NCBI GenBank assembly: GCA_964291495.2
Contig: OZ219871.1
Location: 224,001-288,000 of the forward strand
Source: Dehalococcoidia bacterium
Lineage (GTDB): Bacteria; Chloroflexota; Dehalococcoidia; UBA2979
Reading direction: 5' to 3'
DNA length: 64,000 bases
The notes below the pieces were generated by a model. The model was not told where the DNA came from and did no database searches. It saw only the letters and a list, made by a program, of their open reading frames with translations. Shown in pieces: positions 9,360 through 18,861 of the stretch (its first letter is position 1; each line of letters opens with the position of its first letter). The translations under genes and the position numbers were made by a program.

Positions 9360-9902
9360 GTGACGCAGCCCGACGGACCCACACCCTCCTCGCCGCCCGC
9401 GCTCGTGCGCCTGCTCTTCGACGCGTTCGATGAGTTCGAGCGGGTTGCCGAGGCGCTCGCAGACCTCGATCCCGACGGCGCACCCCCTGCCGGCGCCGAC
9501 CGGCTCAACACCGGCGGCTGGATCGTCTCCCACGTCGCGAAGCAGCAGGACCTCTACTGGAACGGCGCACTGCAAGACCTCGACCCCGACCCCTGGCTCG
9601 ACGAGCAGCGCGTCGGCTTCGGAGACGCACCCTCCGCCCCCGACCTGCTCGCCGCGATCAAGGCGTTCCGGCGCGTCCGCTCGCGCGCGATCCCCTGGCT
9701 GCGCCGCCTCGATGCATCGCGCCTCGATGAGGTCGTGAGCCGATCGCGCGGCCCGCGGCGCGACCAGCGCGTGAGCGACCTGCTCACGAGGAGCATCGCG
9801 CATCTCTTCGCGCACGCTGGGGAACTGAGCGCGATCGCCTCGCTGGCGGGTGCTCCGGACCTCGGCGTGCCGGGGCGGATGACGCACTCGACCCGGAGCT
9901 GA
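9360..9902 (+). CDS. DinB/YfiT-like superfamily protein
   Basis: His pattern WIVSHVA ... IAHLFAHAGE; 180 aa, helical. Confidence 0.8.
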   Translation: MTQPDGPTPSSPPALVRLLFDAFDEFERVAEALADLDPDGAPPAGADRLNTGGWIVSHVAKQQDLYWNGALQDLDPDPWLDEQRVGFGDAPSAPDLLAAIKAFRRVRSRAIPWLRRLDASRLDEVVSRSRGPRRDQRVSDLLTRSIAHLFAHAGELSAIASLAGAPDLGVPGRMTHSTRS

Positions 9903-9935
9903 CAGCAGGGAGCAGCAGCGCGGCTGTTCGCGCTG

Positions 9936-11609
9936 CTACGCGTGGAGCATCCGAGCCGCGGTCTCGCGGGCCTCGTCCAGCGTCGCGACGAAGCTGTCGG
10001 CCGGGACGCGGTCCAGGACATTGAGCGCCTGGAGCGAGGATGCCGGCGAGCCGCTCAGGCCCATCACGATGCACTCGGTGTCCTCCGCGATGGCGATGTC
10101 GATCATCTGCTCGACCACCAGCGCGGCGCTGTCATCGATGTAGTCGGTCTCGGTGAAGTCCAGGATCACGACCTCGTGGTCGCGGATGTCGACGCCGATC
10201 GTGCTGATCAGGCTGCTCGAGGAGGCGACGGTGAAGGTGCCGCGCAACGCCACCATGCCGACGCGCGCGGAGAACGCGTCCGCTGCATCCTCCTCGTCCG
10301 CCTCGTCGGCGGTGGCGAGGAAGCTCTGGTCGAGCAGCGGCACCGAAACGACACTGTCCAGCTGCAGGCGTTCGAGCCGCCGGGCGCTTGCCATCCCGGC
10401 GGCGATCAGGCCGATCGCCACCGCCGTCACGAGGTCCAGGAACACCGTCAGCGCGAAGGTGATCAGCATCACCACCAGGTGCTCCCGCTGCACGCGGTGC
10501 AGCCGGGTGACGAACCGCCAATCGATGATGTCCCAGCCGACCTTCATCAGGATCCCCGCCAGCGCCGCGTGGGGAATCGATTCGACGTAGGTGCCGAGGC
10601 CCAGCACCAGCGCCAGCAGGATGCCGGCGCGCAACGCGCCGGAGATCTGCGTCCGCCCTCCGGCGCGGATGTTCACCACCGTGCCCATCGTGGCTCCGGC
10701 GCCGGGCAGCGCACCGATCAGCCCGGCCACCGTGTTGCCGATGCCCTGCCCGACCAGCTCCCGGTTGGGGTTGTGCTGCGTCCGCGTCATCGAATCGGCC
10801 ACCAGCGAGGTGAGCAGGCTGTCGATGGAGCCCAGCAGCGCGAGGACCAGCGCGGGCTCCACGGAGCGGACCAGGACGTCGGGGGCGAGATCGGGGGCCT
10901 TCAACTCCGGCAGGCCGGTCGGGACCTCACCGATGACCGGCGTGTCGCCCAGCCAGAGGAGGCTCACCGCCGTCCCGGCGATCAGCGCCGCCAGGGTTGG
11001 TGGCAGGTACCTTCTGAGCTGGGCCGGCCAGCCCACGCCCACGGCCAATGTGACGACCGCGATCACGAGCGCGCTGCCGTTGAGATCGCCGATCGCGTCG
11101 GGCCAGGCGCGGATGGCCTCCATCGGTCCGCCCTCCACGACGGGCGCGCCGAGGAAGGGCAGGGTCTGGAGCAGGATGATGATCGCGCCGATGCCGGTCA
11201 TGAACCCGGAGATGACGGAATACGGCGTGTAGGCGACGAAGCGGCCGATGCGCGCCACGCCCAGCGCGATCTGGATCAGGCCGGCCATGATCACGATCGT
11301 GAACGCCTCGGCGAAGGTCTCGGCGTGGGTGGTGACGATCACCGCCATGGCGACGGCCATCGGGCCGGTGGGCCCCGAGATCTGCGAGCGCGTCCCGCCA
11401 AACACCGCCGCGAAGAATCCGACGGCGATCGCTCCGTAGATGCCGGCGATGGCTCCGAGGCCGGATGTCTCGCCGAAGGCCAGCCCTACGGGGAGCCCCA
11501 CCACCGCCGCGGTGATGCCGCCGAAGAAGTCGCCGCGGAAGAGCTGCGGGCTATAGGTGAACCTCAAGGGGAATACTCTCGATTCTGGTCGGCGCTCGCG
11601 CCCGAACAT
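9936..11609 (-). CDS. SulP/SLC26-family anion permease (BicA-like) with STAS domain
   Basis: GDFFGGITAAVVGLP, ISGPTGPM, NRELVGQGIGN, C-terminal STAS (VILDFTETDYIDDS). Confidence 0.93.
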   Translation of the reverse strand: MFGRERRPESRVFPLRFTYSPQLFRGDFFGGITAAVVGLPVGLAFGETSGLGAIAGIYGAIAVGFFAAVFGGTRSQISGPTGPMAVAMAVIVTTHAETFAEAFTIVIMAGLIQIALGVARIGRFVAYTPYSVISGFMTGIGAIIILLQTLPFLGAPVVEGGPMEAIRAWPDAIGDLNGSALVIAVVTLAVGVGWPAQLRRYLPPTLAALIAGTAVSLLWLGDTPVIGEVPTGLPELKAPDLAPDVLVRSVEPALVLALLGSIDSLLTSLVADSMTRTQHNPNRELVGQGIGNTVAGLIGALPGAGATMGTVVNIRAGGRTQISGALRAGILLALVLGLGTYVESIPHAALAGILMKVGWDIIDWRFVTRLHRVQREHLVVMLITFALTVFLDLVTAVAIGLIAAGMASARRLERLQLDSVVSVPLLDQSFLATADEADEEDAADAFSARVGMVALRGTFTVASSSSLISTIGVDIRDHEVVILDFTETDYIDDSAALVVEQMIDIAIAEDTECIVMGLSGSPASSLQALNVLDRVPADSFVATLDEARETAARMLHA

Positions 11610-11637
11610 ACCTAACGCAACGAGGTCTCACCACTCG

Positions 11638-11852
11638 GAGACCGTTGCGAGACTCCCACAAGCCCGATCCGGCTCCCTCTCCCTGGGGAGAGGACGGGGG
11701 TGAGGGGGAGGACTCCCGCGCGCCTGCCAGAGCCCCGATGGTGCAACGCAATTCCAGAGGGTGGGCCCTCCCTCACCCTCACCCTCTCCCTCGGGGAGAG
11801 GGGACCGGAAGGGATGCGCTCGCTGCCCTGAGGAGAGGGCTCTTAAGGTCGC
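11638..11852. mobile_element. Decayed MITE-like element containing an inverted pair of REP-like hairpins
   Basis: Left end GAGACCGTTGCGAGACTC; right end reverse complement GCGACCTTAAGAGCCCTC. ACTCG on both flanks (11633-11637, 11853-11857). Internal CCCTCACCC..CCCTCTCCC-GGGAGAGG motifs in opposite orientations. Confidence 0.55.
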
Positions 11853-11920
11853 ACTCGGGGCACGCGGGTACGCCCACGGCTGCCGTCGACCGATCGGGAC
11901 AGTGGGTTAGCGGAGAGGCG

Positions 11921-13156
11921 CTAGAGCTCGCGGACGAGCATGCCGCCCGGCTGCCGCCTCCAGGTGCGGATGCGGGCGTGCTCGATGCCGGCGGCCACCG
12001 CGTAGTCGCGGGCCCGCGCGGCGAAGCCGGAGGGGACGTAGATGTAGAGCGGCGCGTCGTCGTTCTCGAGTTGCGCCCAGACCAGCTCGGCCTGCCGCCG
12101 CGTCACCGTCTCCTTCGTCTCCACCTGCGCGACCATGATCGGGCGGTTGCGCGGATGCTCGACGACGACGATGTCCGGGAAGACCTGCGAGCGCGAGGCG
12201 CCGCCCGCTGTGAACTCCAGCGCGAGCTGCGGCTCCGGCACGTTGACGTAGGTGCGGTAGTCCGGATGCGCCTCGTCCGGGAACGGGAAGCGGTCGTTCG
12301 CGAGCTGGCTGATCGTCGTCTCCAGCTCGTGGCGGCGCGACTCCTCGCTGCGTCGCCACGGCGCGCCGGCTTCGCGCCAGCCCGCCAGCACCCGCTCGCG
12401 CTTCGCGTCGAAGCCGCGCAGCTCGCGGGCCTGCTGAACGACGAAGATCAGCAGGAACAGCAGCGCCGGGAGGACGAGGACCACGCCCAGCTCTGGCGGC
12501 CCCTGCAGGTTCCGGAAGATGCCAAGCCTCGGGATGATGTCGATGACTCCACCGATGATCGGGGTGCCGCCGTTGACCGGATCGCCCGGCGCCAACCAGA
12601 CGCCGACGAGCATGACGAGCATCCCGGCAAGCGCGACCACGCCGATCGGCGAGGGCTGGCCGTACTGCGAGACGGCAGGCCCTTCGTGGCGCCCGTGGTC
12701 CTCGACGGCCTCGATCTGTGTGCTGGCCGTGACGAGGGCGGGAGCGGCCTCGGCGGGCGCCTCCGCAGGCTCCTCGGCAGACTCAGCGGCGGGCGCTTCC
12801 GCGGCTGCCTCCTCCGCAGGTGCGGCCTCGGCCTCCGCGGGCTCCTCGGCCGCCGGTGCGGCGGGCGCAGCCGGTGCGGCGCCTCCGCCCACCATCGAGC
12901 GCGCGGCCGCGCGGTCTTCGAACCAGAGGGTGTTGATCTCGAGGAAGTGCGCCTGGTCCTCGGGCAGGTCGGCCTCGGCGAAGATCGCGCTCACCGGACA
13001 GGCGGGCTCGCAGGCGCCGCAGTCGATGCAGACCTCGGGCTCGATGTAGAGCATCCGGTCTTCGCCGGCCTCGAAGTGGATGCAGTCGACCGGGCAGACC
13101 TCGACGCAGGACTGGTCCTGCACATCGACGCAGGGCTGGGTGATGACGAAGGTCAC
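11921..13156 (-). CDS. Fusion of 7Fe-type ferredoxin, Ala/Glu/Pro linker, two TM helices and a PD-(D/E)xK-like domain
   Basis: GTG at 13156 after GGAGG. CVDVQDQSCVEVCPVDC and CIDCGACEPACP. Two hydrophobic segments. C-terminal FPDIVV...AQVET. Confidence 0.8.
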   Translation of the reverse strand: MTFVITQPCVDVQDQSCVEVCPVDCIHFEAGEDRMLYIEPEVCIDCGACEPACPVSAIFAEADLPEDQAHFLEINTLWFEDRAAARSMVGGGAAPAAPAAPAAEEPAEAEAAPAEEAAAEAPAAESAEEPAEAPAEAAPALVTASTQIEAVEDHGRHEGPAVSQYGQPSPIGVVALAGMLVMLVGVWLAPGDPVNGGTPIIGGVIDIIPRLGIFRNLQGPPELGVVLVLPALLFLLIFVVQQARELRGFDAKRERVLAGWREAGAPWRRSEESRRHELETTISQLANDRFPFPDEAHPDYRTYVNVPEPQLALEFTAGGASRSQVFPDIVVVEHPRNRPIMVAQVETKETVTRRQAELVWAQLENDDAPLYIYVPSGFAARARDYAVAAGIEHARIRTWRRQPGGMLVREL

Positions 13157-13291
13157 CCGCGCGGCCTCCCCTCCCACGCTCGCCCGAGGGCGGGCGTCAG
13201 GCGCGTCACCTTGTCGGGCATCCTATCGGCGCTCCGTGTGAGCGTCTACGCCATTCCGGAAGCCGCTGCCGGTTGCGCCCGTGCCCCCTCG

Positions 13292-14773
13292 CTACGCGTC
13301 GCTGAGGTACGTCGCCGCGGAGCGGCCGGCGGCACGGCCGAAGACGGCGCCGGACATCAGGCCTGATCCGGCCGGGTAGTTGTAGTGGAAGAGGCCGCCG
13401 ACCATCTCGCCGCAGGCGTAGAGGCCGGGAATCGGCGCCCAGTCCGTGCTGATCACCTCGGACTCCGTGTTGATGCGCACGCCGCCGAAGGTGAAGGTGA
13501 TGCCGCCGGTGATCGGGTAGGCGCGATACGGCGGCGAGTCCAGCCGCTGCGCCCAGTTGGTCTTCTCCGGCTCCAGGCCGTCCGTCTTCAGCCCGTCGCG
13601 CACACCCGGGTCGAACGTGCCTCCGCCGACGACGGCGGAGTTGAACGCCTCGAGCGTGCGATTCGCCGTCTCCTGGTCCAGCGGCAGCTGCGCGACCAGC
13701 TCTTCCAGCGTGTCGGCGACGATCGGATCGCTCGTGCGATAGCGCGGCTCGAGGGCCTCGAACACCTTGGAGTCGAAGATCTGGTAGCCGATGCCGCCCG
13801 GCTGGCGCAGCACCGCGCCGCCGGTCTTCGCGTAGGTCAGCAGGTGGAAGTCCTCGCCCTCGTCGATGAAGCGATCACCCTCGGTGTTGAGGATGACGCC
13901 GAAGGGGTAGGAGAGGCGGTTGGTCTGATCGGTGAGCCGGCGGTCGCCGTACAGCGGCGCGTCCGCGGAGATCGGCGTGCCGTGGCTGCCGGACCACTGC
14001 CCATAGGGCAGCGCGCCGACCTCGAGGGCCATGCGCAGGCCGTCGCCGTAGTTGTAGCGCGTGCCGCGCACGCGCGCCGTGTCCCAGGGCCGCCCGAGGT
14101 AGCGCGCGCGCCACTCGGGGTTGGCCTCGAAGCCGCCGCAGCCGAGGATCACCGTGCCCGCCTCGATCTCGTGCAGGCCGTCGGCGTCGTTCACCACCAG
14201 GCCGCTGATCGCGCCGCTGTCGTCGAGTGTCAGCGAGCGTGCGCCCGTGCCGTAGCGCAGCTCGATGCCGCGGTCGCGGGCCACCTCGAACCACATCCGC
14301 GACAGCCCGATGCCGATGCCGACGGCGCGGATCACCGCGCCCTGCGGCCAGCGCACCGCGCCCTCGTACTTGACGGCGGAAAGGTCGGTCGCGGGGCCCA
14401 TCACGATGCCCTGCTCGACCATCCAGCGGACCGTCTCGTAGGAGCGGCTGATCAGCGCCTCGGACAGCTCCGGGTCCGAGGAGCCCTCGGTCACGCGGTC
14501 GAGGTCGGCGCGGAACTGGGCGGCGCCGTAGGGCTTGATGTTCTGCGTGAAGCCCGGCACCTGCTCCTCGATGTTGGGGACGATCGGGAGCAGGTCCTCG
14601 GGGCTCTCGAAGGCGAAGCGGAAGAGGCCGCCGCTGTAGTGGGTGTTGCCGCCGCGCAGCTCCTCCGGAGCCTTCTCCAGCATCAGCACCCGCTCGGCGC
14701 CGTGCTCGTGGGCGGAGACGGCGGCTGCGTGGGCGGCGTTGCCCGCGCCGACGACGACGACGTCGTACTGCAT
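13292..14773 (-). CDS. tcuA: FAD-dependent tricarballylate dehydrogenase TcuA/CobZ-like flavoprotein
   Basis: ATG at 14773. VVVVGAGNAA, RGGNTHYSGG, CGGFEAN, GITFTFGG, GEMVGGLFHYNYPAGSGLMSGAVFGR. Confidence 0.85.
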   Translation of the reverse strand: MQYDVVVVGAGNAAHAAAVSAHEHGAERVLMLEKAPEELRGGNTHYSGGLFRFAFESPEDLLPIVPNIEEQVPGFTQNIKPYGAAQFRADLDRVTEGSSDPELSEALISRSYETVRWMVEQGIVMGPATDLSAVKYEGAVRWPQGAVIRAVGIGIGLSRMWFEVARDRGIELRYGTGARSLTLDDSGAISGLVVNDADGLHEIEAGTVILGCGGFEANPEWRARYLGRPWDTARVRGTRYNYGDGLRMALEVGALPYGQWSGSHGTPISADAPLYGDRRLTDQTNRLSYPFGVILNTEGDRFIDEGEDFHLLTYAKTGGAVLRQPGGIGYQIFDSKVFEALEPRYRTSDPIVADTLEELVAQLPLDQETANRTLEAFNSAVVGGGTFDPGVRDGLKTDGLEPEKTNWAQRLDSPPYRAYPITGGITFTFGGVRINTESEVISTDWAPIPGLYACGEMVGGLFHYNYPAGSGLMSGAVFGRAAGRSAATYLSDA

Positions 14774-14865
14774 GGTCGGTTCCTCGCTTCCAGGCTGTTC
14801 TTGCCTCGCTGCGCCGGGCCGATGGTACGGGCTCGCGCGGTACGGGGTAGCGCGTCCTGCCACGC

Positions 14866-16056
14866 TCAGTGGATCACGTTGTCGTGGACCAGTTCCTTGA
14901 TCTCCTCGCGACTGAGGCCGAGCAGCTCGCCGTAGACGTACGGCTCGCCGCTGCCTTGCAGCCTCGCCGCGTGGCGCACCGTCGCCGGGGTGTCGGAGAG
15001 GCTCCACGGCGAGGTCATCACCCACTTCTTCCCGAGGATGGCGTGCTCCACCTCCACCCAGCGGCCCTGGGCCGCCAGGTGCTCGTCCTCGAGCAACTGC
15101 TTGCCGTTGAGCACCGGCGCGGCGGCCACGCCCGCGGCCTGCAGCCGCGCCGCGAGGTCGCCCGGGGGCTGCGCGCTCGTCCACTCGCCGATCAGCGCGT
15201 CCAGCTCCTGCTCGTGCTCCAGCCGCTCCAGCACGCCGGCGAAGCGCGGATCCTCGGCCAGCTCGGGGCGGCCCATCTCCTCGCAAAGCGCCTGCCACTC
15301 GCCGTCCGTGCCGATGGCGATGCTCACCCACTCGTAGTCGCCGGCGCAGCGGTAGACGGCGTGCGGAGCCATCGTCGGCTCGCGGTTGCCCTGCGGCTCG
15401 GCGCTCCGTCCGTTCAGCGCCGCATCGAGCACGAGGTCGCCGACCAGCGAGGTCAGCGACTCGTTTGCGGAGAGGTCGAGGTACTGACCCTCGCCCGTGC
15501 GCTCGCGGTGGATCAGCGCATAAAGCACGGCGAAGACGAGCCAGTGCGCGCTGATCAGGTCAGGCCAGTTGACGTACTCGCCGGGCGGCCCTCCGGCATA
15601 GCCCGAGGTGAGCCCGACGCCGCTGCGCGAGACGAAGTTGGGCGCGTAGCCGACCTCGTCCTCGTCCGGCCCGCCCTTGCCGGAGGCGCTGAGCGAGATC
15701 GCGATGATGTCCGGCCGCAGCTCGCGCAGCGCCTCGTAGCCGAGGCCGAGCCGCGCGACGGAGCCAGGCCGCTGGTTCTCGACAACGATGTCGCACTGCG
15801 CGGCCAGCCGCCGCCCGAGGTCGAGGCCGCGCGGATCGCGCAGGTTGAGCCGCACGCATTCCTTGTTGAGGTAGAGCACGTTGATCGCCGGATCGTCGTC
15901 GGTGGCGCGGATGCGCGGGATCATCGCGCTGGTCACGCGGATCACCTCGGCGCCGAGGAAGCCGAGCATCTGCGTCGCCGCCGGCCCGGCGACGCCCGTC
16001 GTCAGGTCCAGGACGCGCTTGCCCGCGAGCGGGCCGGGCGCGGACTCGTCCGCCAT
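14866..16056 (-). CDS. Family III (CaiB/BaiF) CoA-transferase
   Basis: GPLAGKRVLDL, GAEVIRV, ENQRPG, catalytic-position Asp (NWPDL), RERTGEGQ. Confidence 0.92.
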   Translation of the reverse strand: MADESAPGPLAGKRVLDLTTGVAGPAATQMLGFLGAEVIRVTSAMIPRIRATDDDPAINVLYLNKECVRLNLRDPRGLDLGRRLAAQCDIVVENQRPGSVARLGLGYEALRELRPDIIAISLSASGKGGPDEDEVGYAPNFVSRSGVGLTSGYAGGPPGEYVNWPDLISAHWLVFAVLYALIHRERTGEGQYLDLSANESLTSLVGDLVLDAALNGRSAEPQGNREPTMAPHAVYRCAGDYEWVSIAIGTDGEWQALCEEMGRPELAEDPRFAGVLERLEHEQELDALIGEWTSAQPPGDLAARLQAAGVAAAPVLNGKQLLEDEHLAAQGRWVEVEHAILGKKWVMTSPWSLSDTPATVRHAARLQGSGEPYVYGELLGLSREEIKELVHDNVIH

Positions 16057-16062
16057 CAGGCC

Positions 16063-16995
16063 CTACTCCCCGCCATCGCCTGCATCGGACGCATCCGAGT
16101 CGCCGCCGCCGAGCTCGACGCCCGCCCGCTCCTCCTGGAGCCGGAAGAAGATGTTGGAGTCGTAGTCGCCCCAGCCACGCCCGAGGGCGGCGAGCATCTC
16201 CTGCTCGGAGAGCGCGGCGTGCGCCATCGGCACGCCCAGCTCGCGCGCGAGCTCGGTCGCAAGCCCGAGGTCCTTGCGCGAGAGCCGCAGTGCGAAGCTC
16301 GGCGGATCCCAGCGCTGCGCGAACACCGTGTCGACGAGGCGATGGTCGAGGAAGTGCCCCTGTCCGAACGCCCCGTCCTGCAGCACACGCCGCATCACGT
16401 GCGGATCAACGCCTGCCTTTGCCGCTAGCGTCATGCCCTCGGCGATCGCCATCCGCGAGGAGACCGAGGTCATGTTGTGCACCAGCTTGGCGACCATGCC
16501 GCTGCCGATGCCGCCGATGTAGCTGACCTTGTCGCCAATGGAGTCGAGCACGGGCTTCAGCTCCTCGTAGCGGTCGGCGTCGCCGCCGACCATCACGGCG
16601 AGCGTGCCCGCCGCCGCGCCGGTGATGCCGCCGCTCACGGGCGCGTCCAGCACCTCGATCCCGCGCTCGGCGAAGCGCGCGTGGATCTCCCGGATCAGCG
16701 TCGGCCGGTTGGAGGAGAGGTCGATGTAGACGCTGCCCTCGGCGGCGCTCTCGAGGATGCCGCCGGGGCCGAGTGCGACCGCCTCGACCTCGGGCGGGCC
16801 GGGCAGCGAGGTGAAGACGAGATCGCTCGCCTCGGCGACGGCCTGCACGCTGTCGGCCCAGCTCGCGCCCGCAGCGAGGTGCGGATCGGCCAGCTCGCGG
16901 CGCAGGTCGTTGACGGTCAGATCCTGGCCGGCCCCGATCAGGTTCATGGCCATCGGGCCGCCCATGTTGCCGAGCCCGATGAAGCCGATCCGCAT
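16063..16995 (-). CDS. NAD(P)-dependent beta-hydroxyacid dehydrogenase (MmsB/GarR family)
   Basis: [31 protein letters not shown] motifs. Confidence 0.92.
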   Translation of the reverse strand: MRIGFIGLGNMGGPMAMNLIGAGQDLTVNDLRRELADPHLAAGASWADSVQAVAEASDLVFTSLPGPPEVEAVALGPGGILESAAEGSVYIDLSSNRPTLIREIHARFAERGIEVLDAPVSGGITGAAAGTLAVMVGGDADRYEELKPVLDSIGDKVSYIGGIGSGMVAKLVHNMTSVSSRMAIAEGMTLAAKAGVDPHVMRRVLQDGAFGQGHFLDHRLVDTVFAQRWDPPSFALRLSRKDLGLATELARELGVPMAHAALSEQEMLAALGRGWGDYDSNIFFRLQEERAGVELGGGDSDASDAGDGGE

Positions 16996-17167
16996 GGCCG
17001 TGCCCTCCGCTCACCGCGCGTCCGGCCGGCGTTTCGCTGGCCGCTGCGGCGTCGCCCGGCGGATACTAGCAGCGGCCACGGGCAGGCGCTGCCGCTGTCC
17101 GGCACAGCGTGTAGGCTTGCGCGGCCTGCAACCCGCTTCCGCGACGCCCTCGGGGAGGATCCGCGAC

Positions 17168-18418
17168 GTGACCGCCCGACCGCTCGACGACGTGCTCGTG
17201 GTGGAGTGGTGCTCGCTCGTCTGCGGCCCGTTCTGCGGCAAATGGCTCGCCGAGGCCGGGGCCGACGTGATCAAGATCGAGGCGCCCGGCGGGGGCGACG
17301 AGGCGCGCCGCCGCGGCCCCTTCCCCAACGACGAGCCCGACCCGGAGCGCAGCGGCCTCTACCTGCTACTCAACACCAACAAGCGCAGCGTCACGCTCGA
17401 CCCCGGGACTGCGGACGGCCTCGCGATCCTGCGCGACCTGATCGCGCGCGCCGACGTCTTCCTGCACGACCGCCCGCCCACGCTCGCCGACGAGCTGGGC
17501 CTCGACTACGAGACGCTGTCGGCTCAACACGAGCGGCTGGTCGTGACGGCGATCACCCCCTACGGCTCCACCGGCCCGAGGCGCGACGAGCACGCCTACC
17601 CGCTCAACGTCGTGCACGCCAGCGGGACCACCTACCACCAGCTCGCGGGCCAGATCGCGCTGCGCGACTTCCCGGACGAAGGTCCGGTCAAGCCCGGCTC
17701 CTTCATCGCCGAGTGCGACGCGGGGCTGAACGCCGCAACCGCCACCCTCGCGGCGCTGCTCGCGCGGATGAGCACGGGTCGCGGGCAGTTCGTCGACGTC
17801 TCCAGGCAGTGGGCGCTGATGAGCACGCAGCGGCCCGAGGTGCACCGCTACGCCTCGGACGGCACGCTCGTGACGCGCGAGCTGGACACCGAGTGGTTCC
17901 CCGGCGTCTACCAGTGCAAGGACGGCTGGATCGTGATCGGCGCCGTCTGGGGCGCGCGCAACTGGGGCGCCCTCGTCGAGATGATGGGCGGTGACCCCTG
18001 GTTCGCCTCGGAGCAATGGTTCACCGAGGCGCTCTGGAACCTCCCCCAGCTCGGTATCCCCAAGCCCGACCACGCCGACGAGGTGCGCGACACGATCGCC
18101 GAGTGGTGCATGGAACGGACCCGCGAGCAGATCCAGCAGGTCGGGCAGGCGCACGGCCTCACGATCACCGGCCACGCCACCATGGAGGAGGTGCTCGCCA
18201 GCGAGCAGATGCGCGTGCGCGGCTTCCTCCGCGAGGTCGAACACCCCGAGACCGGCCCGCTGACCGACACCGCCTTCCCGTTCCGCACCTCGACGATCGA
18301 GTCGCGGCGGCCGGGCCCCGCGCCGCTCCTCGGCGAGCACAACCGCGAGATCTACTGCGACCTGCTCGGCCTCGAGCCGGAGCAGCTCCCGATCCTCCGC
18401 CACGCGGGCGCGATCTAG
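17168..18418 (+). CDS. Family III CoA-transferase, with Glu at the usual catalytic Asp position
   Basis: GTG at 17168 after GGAGG. GADVIKIE, NTNKRS, APLLGEHN; FIAECDAG segment. Confidence 0.88.
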   Translation: MTARPLDDVLVVEWCSLVCGPFCGKWLAEAGADVIKIEAPGGGDEARRRGPFPNDEPDPERSGLYLLLNTNKRSVTLDPGTADGLAILRDLIARADVFLHDRPPTLADELGLDYETLSAQHERLVVTAITPYGSTGPRRDEHAYPLNVVHASGTTYHQLAGQIALRDFPDEGPVKPGSFIAECDAGLNAATATLAALLARMSTGRGQFVDVSRQWALMSTQRPEVHRYASDGTLVTRELDTEWFPGVYQCKDGWIVIGAVWGARNWGALVEMMGGDPWFASEQWFTEALWNLPQLGIPKPDHADEVRDTIAEWCMERTREQIQQVGQAHGLTITGHATMEEVLASEQMRVRGFLREVEHPETGPLTDTAFPFRTSTIESRRPGPAPLLGEHNREIYCDLLGLEPEQLPILRHAGAI

Positions 18419-18432
18419 GCGCTCCTGCAGCG

Positions 18433-18861
18433 ATGGCTACTTCGATCCGGCTCAGGGAGTGTCGCAACGAGGATGTCGACGCCGTGCTCGCGCTCTGGCG
18501 TCGCGCGGAGACTGTTCCACGCCCGACCGACCGTCCGGACGCACTACGGCAGCGGATTCAGCACGACGACGGACTCTTCCTTGTCGCCGTCGACGGCGAT
18601 CGCGTCGTCGGATCGTTGATCGGAAGCTGGGATGGCTGGCGCGCCGGGCACGCGCGACTGGCAGTGGACCCCGAGTACCGCCGCCATGGGATTGCGACCA
18701 GGCTCGTCGCGGAGGTCGAGCGCCGCCAAGTCGTCTTGGGCGCAGAGCGATCCACGATCCGCGTCTTCCACAACGAACCCGGCGCCGTGGCATTCTGGAC
18801 TTCGCTTGGCTACGTCGCTGACTCCGACGAATCGATCTACGTGAAGGGACTCGAACGATGA
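18433..18861 (+). CDS. GNAT-family N-acetyltransferase (YpeA-like)
   Basis: ATG at 18433. WDGWRA, LAVDPEYRRHGIA motif A, N..A..FW..LGY. Confidence 0.88.
   Translation: MATSIRLRECRNEDVDAVLALWRRAETVPRPTDRPDALRQRIQHDDGLFLVAVDGDRVVGSLIGSWDGWRAGHARLAVDPEYRRHGIATRLVAEVERRQVVLGAERSTIRVFHNEPGAVAFWTSLGYVADSDESIYVKGLER

Noticed and set aside
17145-17160. cgccctcggggaggat resembles the tRNA-Arg 3' end (35489-35503), suggesting an att site for an 18-kb island
   Set aside because: Short, gapped and GC-rich match that doubles as the SD of the gene at 17168. There is no integrase and most of the interval has host-like composition.
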